DNA of 63,983 nucleotides, the filler included, from Porpidia crustulata (taxonomy: Eukaryota): the NCBI GenBank assembly GCA_964255105.1. It is 3 parts of 3 records of this genome, joined end to end, with 100 filler letters (N's around TTAATTAATTAA, not from the genome) between each part and the next. Parts side by side here need not be neighbours in the genome. Positions count along the whole stretch, not along the records: positions 1 to 23,246 come from CAXUWE010000075.1; 2 more parts are not named here. One strand, given 5' to 3'. Positions 1 to 13,216 of this stretch are shown one piece after another. A program made the position numbers and the translations under genes. Numbering within the stretch: the first letter of the stretch is position 1; the number at the start of each line of letters is the position of its first letter. The notes below the pieces were generated by a model. The model was not told the DNA's origin, ran no database searches, and was given only the letters and a program-made list of their open reading frames with translations.

Positions 1-1416
1 GTTCGTCGCCGCAGGCGTAGGGGTAGGAGGGGCCGGTGGTTGTGGGGTCGGCTGTCGACGCGGCGTTGTACTGGATTATGCCCAAGATGCCGTTGGGGTT
101 TCCATTGGCGTTGCATGAGGATTGCCAGATGGCGCGCAGCCAGTAGTTGTCGGCAGTTGGGTTGGTTTTGGCTTCGACAATCAGATCGTAGCGTTGGCCC
201 ATAGTGATAAGGATCTGGGTGCTTCATCAGCATCAAGCATGAAGTGCTAGTAGCGAATGAAACCGTCCACATACATTATCGGTCTGATAGGGAACGAGAG
301 GCACTAGGTCGTTTGCAATGACAGTAAAGGTGTGGTTGTCAATCGCAAATCGGAAGTGACCCTCCACAGCTGTGTTCACGATTCGGATGCGGTACTTGGT
401 ACCTTTCTTGAAGACCGTCTTGTACCTAGATCCGCCATTGCCATAAGTGTTGGTGCCGTTGATGAGCCCGTTCTCTAGGGTGGCTGGGATACCGGTCGCC
501 TGCACAGTATGCCATTTGGCGAAGACAGATTGGTGACCCCAATCGGAGAGTGTAAGCATCCCAAGGTCTTCGTCGTAATCGGCTGTAGCAGGGCCATTGA
601 TAATAATTGGGCCGAACAGACCGTCGCCGTACTGTAAACTATCATGAGAGTGATACCAGGTCTGCATAATAAGTAAGCTCTTACTCCAATACAATCTCGG
701 AGATTATCGTGGAAGACTTACACTTCCATACTCAGTAGCTCGAAATTTGTAAGTCATGGTATCGCCGGGAGCCTGTTTGGCCTATTCAGCTGGCTCTTAC
801 CGCGGTGTAGGAAAGGTGGGAAGTGAAGACGTACGATAGGACATTGTGTAACGCCAGGAACGCCGTCATATTGGTTACTCCCAAGTTGTCTCAGACCATG
901 CCAATGGATCGTTGTTCCATTATTTTCCATGCTATTGGTCACATGGACGATCACTATGCCAAAAGGTTAGACCAATACTCGAGTTTGGACCAAGTGCCAT
1001 TTTATAGCATTGAAGTAATAGGCTCACAATTATCACCCCAGTCAGCGGTAATTAGAGGTCCCGGGATACTGCCGTTGACATTCATGGTCAATCGCTCAAC
1101 GCCCTGTTGATTGTCAAACTGGATACTCCCTAAAGTCTTGTAGACAGCTTCGGCTACATACATCAGGAGCCAGAGTCGTGTTCTGAACATTGAGCCAGTA
1201 CTCCCGTGTGACTCCGGTGCTTGGAGTTTCTTCATAGTAGTTTGTATCAATACTGTAGTCACCCCAGCAGCCTCGGGATGTTGCCGTATTAATGCATGAG
1301 GTTCTGCGAGCTTGAACGGAAGGAAAAGCAAAAGAGCGAGAGGCTTCTTTAGGCAAGAAAAGAGAAGTGGCTAAGCCGATACAGCTGGCCAGGGAGGTAA
1401 AACAGAACGTCTTCAT
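1..1416 (-). CDS. Laccase / multicopper oxidase (AA1), multi-exon, 3' part runs off the window start
   Basis: Signal peptide [18 protein letters not shown], then [31 protein letters not shown], copper-ligand motifs TIHWHG and [16 protein letters not shown] and YRIRIVN; pieces are separated by GT..AG introns with CTAAC-type branch sites. Confidence 0.93.
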
Positions 1417-1790
1417 TGATGAAAAGGGTATTGGTAATTAATGCATTCGCCAAAGAGATTGTTTGATAGGACCTATGAGTATAGATCAAGATCCGAAAAT
1501 TGTTGAATGAAGGTGGTCCACAACAAAGTAGAGCAGGGCTTTGCGTGGCAATGAACGAGCGGATACTTTGTATTGGTAGTATCCAAAGCTCTCTTATAGG
1601 AGTCCTGAGCTCGTAAAGCATATTACCCTCCATAATCGAGATGATCATTATGAATGCGGGTGGCATTTTCACGCGGCGTATGGACAATGCTACATTATTA
1701 TGCCTGACAGGATCTAGAGCTCATCAACCAGAACCCTAAGCTCCTCCAGCGTATTACCCTCAAGTTCAAGATGACCATTGTTATAGATGT

Positions 1791-1943
1791 GGGTAGTATT
1801 CTTACACAGCGTATGAAGAAAGATAGTGTTTCTTACACGGCGTGTGAGAGAAGGTGCTATTCTCACACGGCTTGTGACAAAAGGTGGTGTTCACACACGG
1901 CGTGTGAAAAAAGGTGGTGTCCTTACACGGCGTGTGAACAAGG
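1791..1943. repeat. About five tandem copies of a ~30-bp unit with a palindromic core (TCACAC-GGC-GTGTGA)
   Basis: Units read directly, e.g. tcttacacggcgtgtgagagaaggtgctat, tctcacacggcttgtgacaaaaggtggtgt, tcacacacggcgtgtgaaaaaaggtggtgt. Confidence 0.9.
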
Positions 1944-2596
1944 CTAGGTACAATATGGATTCACTATAATAAACATCAGCAGGTGCAACGGAGTAAGATT
2001 AGAAGGATGTTGACTCATTTCTCGGGGGTTTCACCTATATATATATATGGTAGCAACGAAGGAACAGAAGGATACGGCTACCGTACTCGGCTGCTATGCT
2101 TGGCACAGCTATATGTAAGAGAATCCAGGCAGAAGTAAGCATAGAATGACCAAGGGACTTCCGTTTGAACGGATGATAGTTGCAATTGATTGGAAGTCAA
2201 ACCGTGCAGGGATTCCAAGGGATGAATCGTGGATAATCTGGCTAGGATAGTAAGCGGTTGGAGGCAAAAGTAAGAGGGGACCAAGGGGAAAGCAGTACCT
2301 ATGCTAGTAAGATCACGGTCGACTTTAAGGCGTAGGACCGGAGGCGTATACAGGACGAATTGGGCGGGAAGCCGGACTAATGATAGCCTTGGGTGTCGCT
2401 GACTTGTCGATCAGGAAAACCGGCCGTTAAAGTGTGTCGTCAGCTTCCATCAGCACCTAAAGGAAATGAATGTAGGATTCATTCAGATTCGAGCTGTAGT
2501 GATAGAATTTAGAGCCTCCTTGCTCACGAAACGCCTAGCTGAGTCCAGAACCTGCCAGCGCGGTATAGAGTATGGCTATCTTGGCAGCAAACCCTT

Positions 2597-3585
2597 CTAA
2601 GCAGCCTGTCCTTTCACAATCTCCGTGATAAGTGCCACAAGCTCACTCTCCTTCAGCTCTGTAATTCCAAACAACTCATTATCGAGGTGTTGAAACTGTC
2701 CACCATAGCCCTCCCTGAAGATCGCACTCATCAAGAAAGCCATGAAGACTCCCATATCCTTCTGTCCCTTTGCCAATTTCTCGTAACTCGATTTCTCATT
2801 TTCCGCCGTCGACCCTCCATCAACCTCTGTCCACCCATCCTCTCCTAGCACCTGCTTCGACAGCCTGAACAAGTCTTGTTGCGTCACCGCCGCATCCTGA
2901 ACATAGACCGCCCGATTTTTCGTTTCCTCAAGCTTCGTCAGCACTCCTATCACAGCCTTGCCGATGGTAGCCCGAGTCGTTGTACTGAACTTGGCAATTC
3001 CGCCATCGTAATACGTGAACTGCTTCTTCTTCAGATTCGGGCCTAGAAAGCCGAGATTCAAGCCAAAATCCAAGAAGGGCCCGGTGATTAGAATGGTATA
3101 GCTAATCTTACCTTGCGCCGCGAGTTCTTCGGCGTATTTACGCTCGGTAATCTTGGGCGCGAAGACGGGCAACGGCGCGGATTTGGGGTTGCATGTGTCG
3201 CAGCCGTATTCGGAGAGGATGAAGCGCTGAACGCCGGCGCTGACAGATGCGTCGAGCAATGCGTGCTGGTTGCCTAGAGCTTCGTGGCCTAGGGCGGAGA
3301 TGACGGCATCTTGGCCCTTTAAAGCATCGATGAGAGTTCTGGGGTCGGTATAGTCTACCTCGCGTATGTCGACGTCGCCAATCGAATCGGGTTTGGTCTT
3401 ACTGTCGGCACGGACTAGGGCCGTGACGTGAAAATGGTGGAAATTAAGGAGAGCTTTTACGATGGCGCTGCCAATGGTGCCAGTTGCCTTTTGGGGTTTC
3501 GTTAGATAATGTGTAGTGGGTTTCGAGTTGTGATCATGGAGGAGAGAAGACTTACTCCTGCGATTGCTACGTTCTTGATGGCCAT
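2597..3585 (-). CDS. NmrA-like / isoflavone-reductase-like NAD(P)H oxidoreductase (CipA-like), 2 exons
   Basis: ATG at 3585 gives MAIKNVAIAG; intron 3555-3489 (GTAAGT..AAG); then ATGTIGSAIVKALL, completing the Rossmann GxxGxxG motif. Also GQDAVISALG, AGVQRFILSEYG, ITGPFLD. Confidence 0.9.
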
Positions 3586-4478
3586 TGTGAGAGTCTAAAC
3601 TGTTATCGCCGTGGATGTTCAGCTTTGGGAGCTGGCAATTTCGGGATTGTTGATTGTTGATTTTGTAATAATATGTAAGATGCCAAGATGCTTAAGAAGA
3701 CCTCTAAAATTATATACTGAGACTTACTAAGTAGTGATACAGCGAGATTGGTTAGACTCGGCCCAGGAACTCCGGCCGGGAAGTCCGCCGTGTACTTCCG
3801 CCGAGATGATTTATAAGAAATTCAGCCCCATGGTGATTGGTAACAGATGATACATACACTCCGGCAGATGTAAGATCTTAATTTAAATTACGTGGGGCCG
3901 ATGTAGTATTACATGCATTGAATTATCTTACCTTCCGGGTACCTCGGTTGCGGTTCCATCGTATCATTATTTCATCAGAGGTCAAATTCACAATTATCAG
4001 TGGCATCTTATTAAGCGAAATTGCAAAATGATGAGCCACTGCAGTGTAAGCCACAGCTTGAAAGCAAGCAATCAACACACATGGAAGCCAGCCCTACCAC
4101 CTCTGCACTAAGCCTATCCTGGTAGCCTACAACATGAAATCTTTTTTGTAGTAGATAGTTCTTCATCGATGATTTCATCACTGGTGCCTGTACCACATCG
4201 TATGACAACGCTGACGTAAAGTATGGCGTAGATACTTGAGGACTAAAAGTCGATCATACGTCCAGCGAAAGACGATGAGTACAACGTATCTGTGATGGGT
4301 TAGACCCATTAATTGGATTAGGTACTACGTACCTGCATTCTCGATACGGAATTCCTTCCGCTCAGAAGCCGATCCCAAAAGGAGGTTTTCGCGACAGAAT
4401 TCCTTTCCCTCCTTAAGTTATTCTCCTTGTATTATAGGCTTAGTCTAGTCAATTGATATAGTTCACTACGACTCCTCA

Positions 4479-4883
4479 CAGTATCCGGGGTATTAATTGT
4501 TAGTACGTGGCGTTTGGCTATACCTAATATGACATCGTTTGTGGTCAGTATATCTACCGTAAAATCTAGTATGTTTTCCATCTGAATCAATAACGGCCAA
4601 CAACGAGCATACATGATGTCAATCAGCTCGTCTGTGCTTGAGCAGGTGCTTAAGCAGGTAATTGAGCAGGTAATTGGGCAGGTAGTTGAGCAGGTAATTG
4701 AGCAGGTAATTGAGTAGGTAATTGAACAGGTAATTGAGCAGGTAATTGAGCAGGTAATTGAGCAAGTAATTAATCAAACACGTGAAAATTTGCCGAGTTA
4801 GGGGCCGAGTATTCTGGCATTGAAAATCACGCGCTAGCAGGGGGGTTAACCGAGCGTACTAACAATCGATACCCCGGATACCG
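4479..4883. mobile_element. MITE-like non-autonomous DNA transposon (Tc1/mariner-pogo-like ends)
   Basis: 29-bp terminal inverted repeats: 4479-4507 cagtatccggggtattaattgttagtacg versus the reverse complement of 4855-4883 cggtatccggggtatcgattgttagtacg (26/29, all differences transitions). TA follows the right end; no coding capacity. Confidence 0.8.
4639..4772. repeat. 12-bp minisatellite (GAGCAGGTAATT)n, about 11 copies, inside the MITE
   Basis: Direct reading of tandem gagcaggtaatt units with scattered substitutions. Confidence 0.92.
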
Positions 4884-5107
4884 TAGTAAGAGAGAAAGAA
4901 ACTAAATCTTATCTCAACCACATAGAATTTGAATATGGAAGGGTAATAATCTTAGTCTAATCTAGGCGGCACTATCCCTAGGTAATAATTATCAAACAAC
5001 GTTTGTCTATAACGAAGCCTCACAAACAAATGTTTTTCGGAAAGCCAATCACCAAATCGGTCACATAAGGCAGATTCCTTATAGCGATGGTCGACGGTAT
5101 ATGTATA

Positions 5108-8100
5108 TCATGACTGGCCTACTACCAGCTTACTTTTCAACGCAATCTGGGCCGCGAACGTTTCCATTGGTACGGTCGCCAGAATATCCAACAGTGGTAT
5201 GTTGGCCTTCATCTCCCTTGTGATCCAGTTTCGCACCTCCAGCGCCACGAGCGAGTCCACGCCGTACTGGTACATGGACCTGCTGGGATCCACTTCGGAC
5301 GGTGGGATGCGCAAGATCTCGGCTGTTTTCTTGACCAACGCGTCTGCGATGATGCTAGGTGCTGAAGCAGGGCCAGCCTCCGAAAGTCGAGACGCAAGAG
5401 AGGCAGCGGTACCTTCGCCTGAGTCGCCGCCGGTGGAAGACGATACACTGGCGATTGCCAATGGGCCGAATCGCGGGTCCCTGAACCATGCAGGACTGCC
5501 GAGGCGGTGAATAGCCATAATGTCCGCCGTTCCTAAGCCAGTGCAAACCTGTGCGGGTGTCGCGTCCTCTTGTGCACCTCTTCTTCCCATCTGGCCGTTG
5601 ATCAGGCTCTTCATGAGAGCGTGGAAGGCAGGCTCACCGATACCTAGAGCCTTTTCCCAGACCTTCAGCGCATCGGAGCCCTTCTCGGCATACACACCAA
5701 TATCGCGCATGATGCCCAAGTTGACTGAAACGACTTTGAGCCCCTGAGCGCGGCGATAGTGGGCAAGCGCGTCCTGGTATGTATTACCGGCAGCGTACTG
5801 GGCTTGACTGGGGTTACCAAAAGTGCCGGACACGGACGAGCAGAAGATCATAAAGTCCAGTGGCCGCTCATGGCCGAAGTAGTTGTGTACGTTCCAGGTT
5901 CCTTGGATTTTCGACTGCAGAGGAAGTGTCCATTCATCGTATGTCATCTTCTCAAAAACGACGTCCCGAAGCACCATGGCCATCTGGATTACTCCTTTGA
6001 TGGGCGGAAGCTGATCTGAGCATTGCTCCATAGCGGATAGAAAAGAGGCTTCGTCGGCAATGTCGCCGCGGTATACCTTAACTTGTGCCCCACGCCCTGT
6101 CAGTTCGTTGACTACAGCCATTGCTTCGGGTTTGGTGTTGCCCGATCGCGAGATGAAGGCGATGTGCCTAGCTCCCGATGCCAGAAACTCCATGGCCAGG
6201 CTGCGACCTAGGCCTCCCAGACCGCCGACAAAGAGGTACGTCGCATTGGGATCGAGTTTGAGCGAGTCCTTGGATTTGGACAGGACGGGAGCCTCCGAAT
6301 CACCTTCCTTGAAAGACAGCAACATCTTGCCACGATGTTTACCCTGCTGCATAGTACGGAAGGCGTCCTCTACCTGACCCACTGGGTATATGGTCATGGG
6401 GTAAGGTGTGCGGAGGATGTTCGTGCGTAGGAGCTTGAAGACCTTGGTGAAAATCTCGCCAACCGTGTCCGGCGCTTGTTCGAGGAGAGTGTTGACATTG
6501 ATGAAAGTAAAGGTCGTGCTTTTGCTGAAAGGTCGCATGTCTAGACGCATATTATCTGTAATATCTCGCAGACCGATCTCGACAAAGGTTCCAAAGGTTG
6601 CAAGGCAGCCCCAAGAGACCCGCAGGAGCTCGCCAGAGAGTGAGTTGAGGATGCAGTCAACACCCCTTCCACCCGTTACTCGCTTAATGCCCTTGACGAA
6701 GCTACTGTCACGTGAATTGAACATATGCTCTTCAGGGATTCCATACCGTTCCATGAGGAGATGACGCTTGTCTTCTGCACCCACGGTGACATAGACCTTT
6801 AGACCCAGGTATGTGGCCAGCTGCAACGCCGCCTGTCCAACTCCTCCGGCTGCCGCGTGGATCAACACAGACTGACCGCGGCGAAGCTTAGCTAGGTTAA
6901 CGAGAGCGAAATATGCTGTGATATGCACCACGGACACCGCTGCAGCCTCTTCGAATGACATGGAGTCAGGTATCTTCTGCGTGGCACGGTAGTCACAAAC
7001 GGTCTTTGTTGCGTGGGTTCCTCCCAGTGTCAAGGTACTCACACGGTCACCAGGCTTGAATACCTCTGATGCCTTGCTGCCCGTCCTGAGGACAATGCCA
7101 CTAGCTTCTTGACCAAGCCCCTTGCCGGTAATCAGAGCCATGGAAGTCATGATATCTCGGAAATTGACGCCAGAGACCTTTACTTCAAGCTCAAGCTCGT
7201 GGTCGGCAAGCGGGTTGAGCAGAGCGCTTCCGTCTGGAACAAAGTGCAAAGTATCCAAAAGACCAGGCTTCCCGATGGCGAGACGGAGGACGGCTTTATC
7301 ATCAGCACTCGACAGGCTCATGACGCGAGTCGAATCGTTGAGGTGGTTGCGCAGATGATCATTCTCCTTGAGGCTCCTGTAGATGCGGTTGACCTGGAGT
7401 AGGCCACCTAGTTCTCTGAATTCATTGTCAACTGTTTCCTTCTCTAGGATACGCGCTGCGAGAGATGGGCCATGTTGCAATCCTTCGCTGCTGAGATGCA
7501 AGACCGAGAATGTAGGGCCGGCAATCTCGTTCCTGACAACCCGTAGGAATCCGTCGACCATCCCTAATAATGGATTATCGCCACAAGTAATCCATAGCAG
7601 CCGCCCACAATTTAGGACCAATGTTCGAATTCGCTGGAATTCGGACTCTGAGAGATTGTCCAACATAGGCTGCTCAAGCTCAAGCAGAGAGATATATGTT
7701 TTGCCTTCGACGGCATCGGCCAACCCTGTGTTGGCCGTGACAGAGTAGCCTCGGTCCTGAAGAACCATCTTAAGCTCTTGGGAACAAGATTGCGCCTCGA
7801 CTGATGACGTGGATGGCTCAAGGATAACCACTTCTTCCATATGGTAACCGTTGATGAGCTTCTTTTCGAGTTCTTGCTTTTCTGTTGCGGCAGAGGTGTA
7901 TAGGGCGAGACATTCGGCGCCTGATGGGATGAAAGAGCGGAGTTGAAATCCTTTCGTTCTCAAGGCAGGCAGCGCAACTTCCTTGTAATTACAAGCAGCA
8001 GGAGCAGCGATGAGGACAATAGCATCAGGCTTGGCCAGGCTCATCAAACGCTCTAAAATGTCGTTGAAGTCTTTGAGATTATGGTTGACTCCGTGAGATA

Positions 8101-11100
8101 TAATGACTAGGTCTGCTGGTGCAATCTCTGGGGATGAAACAGTACCCAAGTCACCGAGTGCGAACGGCTGTCCAAATATTGAGTTTTCGTTGTGATTGTC
8201 GTAGGCACCGTGGGCTAAAGCATACCGAACTTGGGTTGGCAGGATCGTGTCTCTTGACAGTTTGGACATGGTTGCGTTAGGAAGCTCCTCGTAGCTCGCG
8301 ACTAGCTCAATAACATTAACTGATGGACGCTGGTGGACCGCCATGCGGATGAGCTCGAGCAGTCTGTCGTTGGTGGCAGCTGCGCCTGACACGACTTGAC
8401 CGATTTCCGCTGGCTCTATGAGATCCAGGGAATAGTTCCAACAAGGCTCAGAAGTGATTCCAGATGGGTCAACGTCGAGGACTTCAGCATTGTCGACGTC
8501 CATTTCCACCTCCAACAGCCGAAAATCCGTAACGGATAAGAACACCTTCGACACCTCTTTGTTGAACATAGTTATGCCTAAGGACCACTCGTTAAAGCCG
8601 TGTTTCTGCGAGTGGCAAAGCCCTGGCATCAAATATCCTGCCTCAGCAGGTATGTCGACCGAAATCTCCAACTCGCCAATGGCAGTGGGTAAGTAAGGTT
8701 TGTCGAAGCCGAAATCGCTGTTGTCACTGCTGCCGGTACTCCCTAAAGAGCCCTGAAAGACGGCATCGAGAGTTGCCGCGTGGATGAGAAACGGCCGATC
8801 CAATTGCTCCTGGCTAAATGTATCTCCAATGTCGACGTGTCTCACATCGAAAGCCGTCTTGCCGCAGCCAATATGACAATTCTCCACTCCCTGGAAGAGC
8901 TCACCGTACCGAAAAGCGCACTTCGCCATGCGATCGTAGAAGGCCCCCTTGGAGCATGTCTCTGGGTACTCAAGGAGGATGTCACGGTAGTCAGCAATAC
9001 GTGCGGTATCAATGCTGGTGTCCTCATTGGCCATTTGGGAGCTTCTCTGCTCCTCATAGACGATTGTCATTAAGCCACGGCAATTATCTCGCAGCTGGCC
9101 TGTAGGCCCCGTGGCTGATGACATTTTGAACTCCCACCAAGCTGCTGGGGTCGAGCCAGTTGTGGCGATAAGGTGCGGTCTCATATGAAGAACAACTTCG
9201 GTGACCACGTCCTCGGGCAGCGTGATGGCAGCCAAGAAAGAGACATCACGCAACTTGAAGGCACAAGGTGTCTTTCCTGGGTCCACCAACTGCTGGGCGG
9301 CCTCGAGCACAACGCTGACCATTCCGGCACCTGGGAATACCACAGTAGTCCCCACAGTGTGGTCGCGGAGCCAAGGCTCTTCATCAAGACGAATGAAGCT
9401 GCGCCATATGGTCTCATCTTCATCCATCTTTGGCATAGAAGCTCCGAGGAGACTCTTGGTCGGAAACTTCTGCGCAACCAATTCTCGTTGCATGCGAGAA
9501 TCAGCACGAAATACCTGGGAATGGTTCCATGCATACGGCGGGAGGTCTGTCAGTACACTGCAGTTGGAGTCGCCATTGACCTTGCTTATATCAAGAGATA
9601 CACCGTGACGGAAGAGCCCGGCCGCAAGGCTCAGGCTAGTATTGATTGCGTTCTGACCACGAGTGATCATAGACATATAGTCGACACCTTTGATACCATA
9701 GTGGGCCATGATTTGCTCAATCGGCCCTGCTAGGGCACTGTGCGGGCCAATCTCGATGAGCAGGTTGACAGCGTTCTTCCCATCTACCCCGTCGGCGGGA
9801 GAGACCAATTCTTTGACCGCATCGGCGAATAAGACGGGGGAAATTAAGTTGCGGACCCAATAGTAGGGTCCTAGAAGTTCCGGATCGACCTCTTCGCCGG
9901 TGACGCTGGATACCATAATGACGGGCTGCTTGTCGTATACTGTTATTGGCTTCATACCCTCCAGATTGGCAATGGAATTGGCGTATTCTGTCGAGCAGGA
10001 GTGCATATAGGTAGAATGGTATGCGACATCGACCTTGAGCCTTCGGGCAAATACACTGCGCTCTTCAAGGATGGATCGGAGCACTTCCAGTGCGCTTGAG
10101 TCTCCCGAGAGTGTGACATTGGATGGCGAGTTAATACAGGCGACGGTTGCGCGGACCTTTGTCTGAGCCAACAAGTCCTCTGCCTCCTCCCGCGAGCAGC
10201 CCACGGCCATCATCCCCACGGCGGACTTGACACCATTTCCGACCGCTTGCAGTCTCGCCGCGGCCTTGCCCCTGAAATAGGCTGCGGCCACGGCGTCTCG
10301 ATGGGAGAGAGCTCCAATGCTGTATCCTGCAGCTATTTCACCACTCGAATGACCGACTACTTTGGATGGGGTAATACCCCACGACCACAGCTCATCGACC
10401 AAGGCAATCTGGAGCACCGAGCAAATGGGTTGACTTATTTCAGGCACACCCAGTCGAGAACTCTGGGGATCTTTGGCCAGCTCGGTGGCGGGATCCCAAT
10501 CGCAGCCCATCTCGCGCAGCAAGGCGGCTGACTTGGCTACCGAGTCGCGAAACACATCTCTTTCCATCATCTCCACGCCCATCCGGGCCCATTGCGCTCC
10601 TTGGCCTGTGAAGACCCATCCGATCCGGGGTGGCCGGCTGTTCGAGACCCGCGCAGCGTTTTCGCCCACGGTAACCTCTGTCTGCAGTTGCTCTCGCAGC
10701 TCCGCAGCGCTCTCGGCCACACAAGTCGCTTTCCATGAGAAGCCCGATCGCGCCGAGGAGAGAGTGTTTGCAAGATTGGCCTGGTACTTTGAGCTTGATG
10801 CGGCGGGGCCAAGATTGTCCAGGTGTTCGACGAGAGTGTTGCGCTGGCGTGCAAAGCCAGCTTGATCATGGCTGCTCATGACGAAGAGTCTCTTCTTCTC
10901 AGCGTGGGTTTTTGTACCGCCATTTACAATAATCCCGCTACCGCTGCCGATGCCGCTGCGGTGTCCCTCTTCTAAGACGAAGTGCGCGTTCGTGCCACCC
11001 ATGCCAAATCCACTGACGCTCATGCGTTTGGTTCGGCACGCTGGCCATGGCGTTAATTTACCGGGCACCGTCATCTCCCAAATCTCCATTGGGATTTCAG

Positions 11101-12402
11101 GATTGGGCGTCGAGTAATGGATGTTGGGCGGGATGAGCCCGTTTTCCATGGCCAGCACTCCTTTGATAATGCTTGCGACCCCTGCAGCGGCCTCCAGATG
11201 GCCAATGTTCGGTTTGACACTACCAATCCAAAGCTTCGAACGCCTTGATTTGGGCTGGCCAATGGTGTTGTAAATGGCGCCTGTTTCCACCGGATCTCCT
11301 GCTTTAGTCCCCGTTCCGTGTGCTTCGACGTACTGTAAATTTCGTTAGCGAGATTGTTGCAAAGAATTGAGTATATAAGAAGGATTACCTGCGTCGATCC
11401 ATAATCCAGACCATTAGACTCATATACACGCTTGATGAGTGCAGCCTGTGCCTCACCTGATGGCATGGTAACTCCTGGTTTGCGGAATTAGCGGAAAAGG
11501 TCACTCCGCTGTCTTTGCGGGTTAATGAACCCACCTGGTGTCCACCCGTCCGAATTTACCCCTGAAGCTCGGATGATGGCCCGTATAGGATCACCATCTT
11601 CAATCGCCCTGTCAAGTCTTTTCAACACGAGGACTCCGGATCCTTCTCCACGCCCGTAACCATCCGCGTTGGCGTCAAATGTACGTGAAAGACCTTCTTG
11701 ACTAAGGAAGCTCAAATTATTAAGGTGCATGATGCTGTCTGGAGAGAGAATCATCCCGACGCCTCCGGCGATAGCCATGTCTGCCTCTCCCGAATGCAGA
11801 CTTTGGCAGGCCAGGTGAGTGGCTACGTGACTGGACGAACAAGCCGTCTGAACCGTGGCACTAGGGCCGTGGATGTCCAAAAAGTGAGAGATGCGGTTCG
11901 AAATCATCTCCTCGCTAGTTCCGAGGAGGTGGTACTTGGGATAGTGCGTAAAGTCCCTTGACACGGCTTCTCGATAATCACTCATCGAGGAGCCCATGAA
12001 GCAGGAAGTCTGTGTGCCTGCCACTTTCTGAAGCGGCATGCCAGCATTTTCGAGCGCTTCGTATGCAACCTCCATGGCAATACGCTGTTTGGGATCGAAT
12101 GCTGTTGCTTCTGCCGCCGTGATGTTGAAGAATGCTGCATCGAAGACGTATGGGTTCTGTTTGAGGAAATGGCCTCCTTTGGTGGGTAAGACATTCTGAC
12201 GTTTACTGCCTTTAGGGTGATAGAACGCATCCGCGTTAAACCGGTCTGTTGTTGGGGAATGGGCAGATCTTCCGTTCTTCAGAAGTTCCCAAAATCTTGA
12301 TGGGGATGTGGCATCGCCGGGAAACCGACACGCTAGGCCTACAATAGCGATAGGGACGCGGGCTTCGTTTGGACTTGTGGGAGGCATCTCGAGAGAATCC
12401 AT
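5108..12402 (-). CDS. Highly reducing iterative type I PKS (KS-AT-DH-ER-KR-ACP, no recognisable active C-MT), ~2390 aa, partner of the NR-PKS; CurS1/Dhc3/Hpm8/Rdc5 class
   Basis: Exons 12402-11535, 11474-11389 and 11332-5108 splice in frame. KS TACSSS/HGTGT/GHLE, AT GHSSG and VAYHS, DH HTVGTTVVFPG..DAVFQ, ER HAAAGGVGQ, KR GGLGGLG..VLRD..YAAGN, ACP GVDSL. Start may alternatively be the ATG at 12387. Confidence 0.95.
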
Positions 12403-13216
12403 GCCAAAAGTGGAAGCGAGTGAGAAGGTAGTGACAATGCCAGAATAAACATTTATTGAATGCGAATTGTCTAGAAGGTCAAAGTGACGGGGAAAGATAA
12501 GAGGAAGCAAGAGTTGAAGACATGTTGAAGATTTTATGGAAAGCTAGTAAAGGATTCAGGGGTCTCACGCCATGATCCTCCAAAGGGTTGACATAGGCGA
12601 GGTGTTGAGACATTGATCAAAAATCGGTGAAGTAGGCTATCACATCGTATGGCTTTTGTCGAAGAACTATCTTCACCGTAAGTTAGGAAGGATTTGGCAG
12701 AGCTTACCTGCGCGCAGCTCAGCTTACTTACATATATCAGACTACATACAGTCATAGCTTACGCAACTGGGTTGAATGTAACTAGACAGGGCGTGACAAA
12801 CTAATTGAAGGTACATTGGCCCTTGCACCGCCAGCGAGTATTCTAGGATCTACGTTTATTCTTCGTAGCCCGTACCATCAGATGTCTGTGAGAGACTACG
12901 GTACGTAGGTCCATCGAAGCCAGATGCTCTTTCGTCGGGCATGTTTATCCGAATAGACTTAATCGCATCCAAGTGGTTTGAGTCTACCTGTAAGTCTTCT
13001 GACCTTGGTCTAAAAATTGTTGTATATATGTTACAATCACAATCGCTTATCTACCTTCTTACTAAGCGAGTATCGCGCTCAAGCCGGACCACGTCAAATG
13101 GTGATTTTCAATACGCCGAACGCCAGGCTGGGCTCTCTCCCAGGAACGTGAAAAAATTGAGTCACCTGCCAGCCCAAAGCAACGCTGTGTCCTCCTTACA
13201 ACGAGGGTTCAGATTT

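Noticed and set aside
1791..1943. CRISPR-like array
   Set aside because: Units are head-to-tail with no unique spacers, the context is eukaryotic, and no cas genes are present.
3755..3805. Cluster of CGG/CCG triplets upstream of the reductase as Zn2Cys6 binding sites
   Set aside because: No consistent spacing, and I could not find a matching motif in the PKS promoters by eye.
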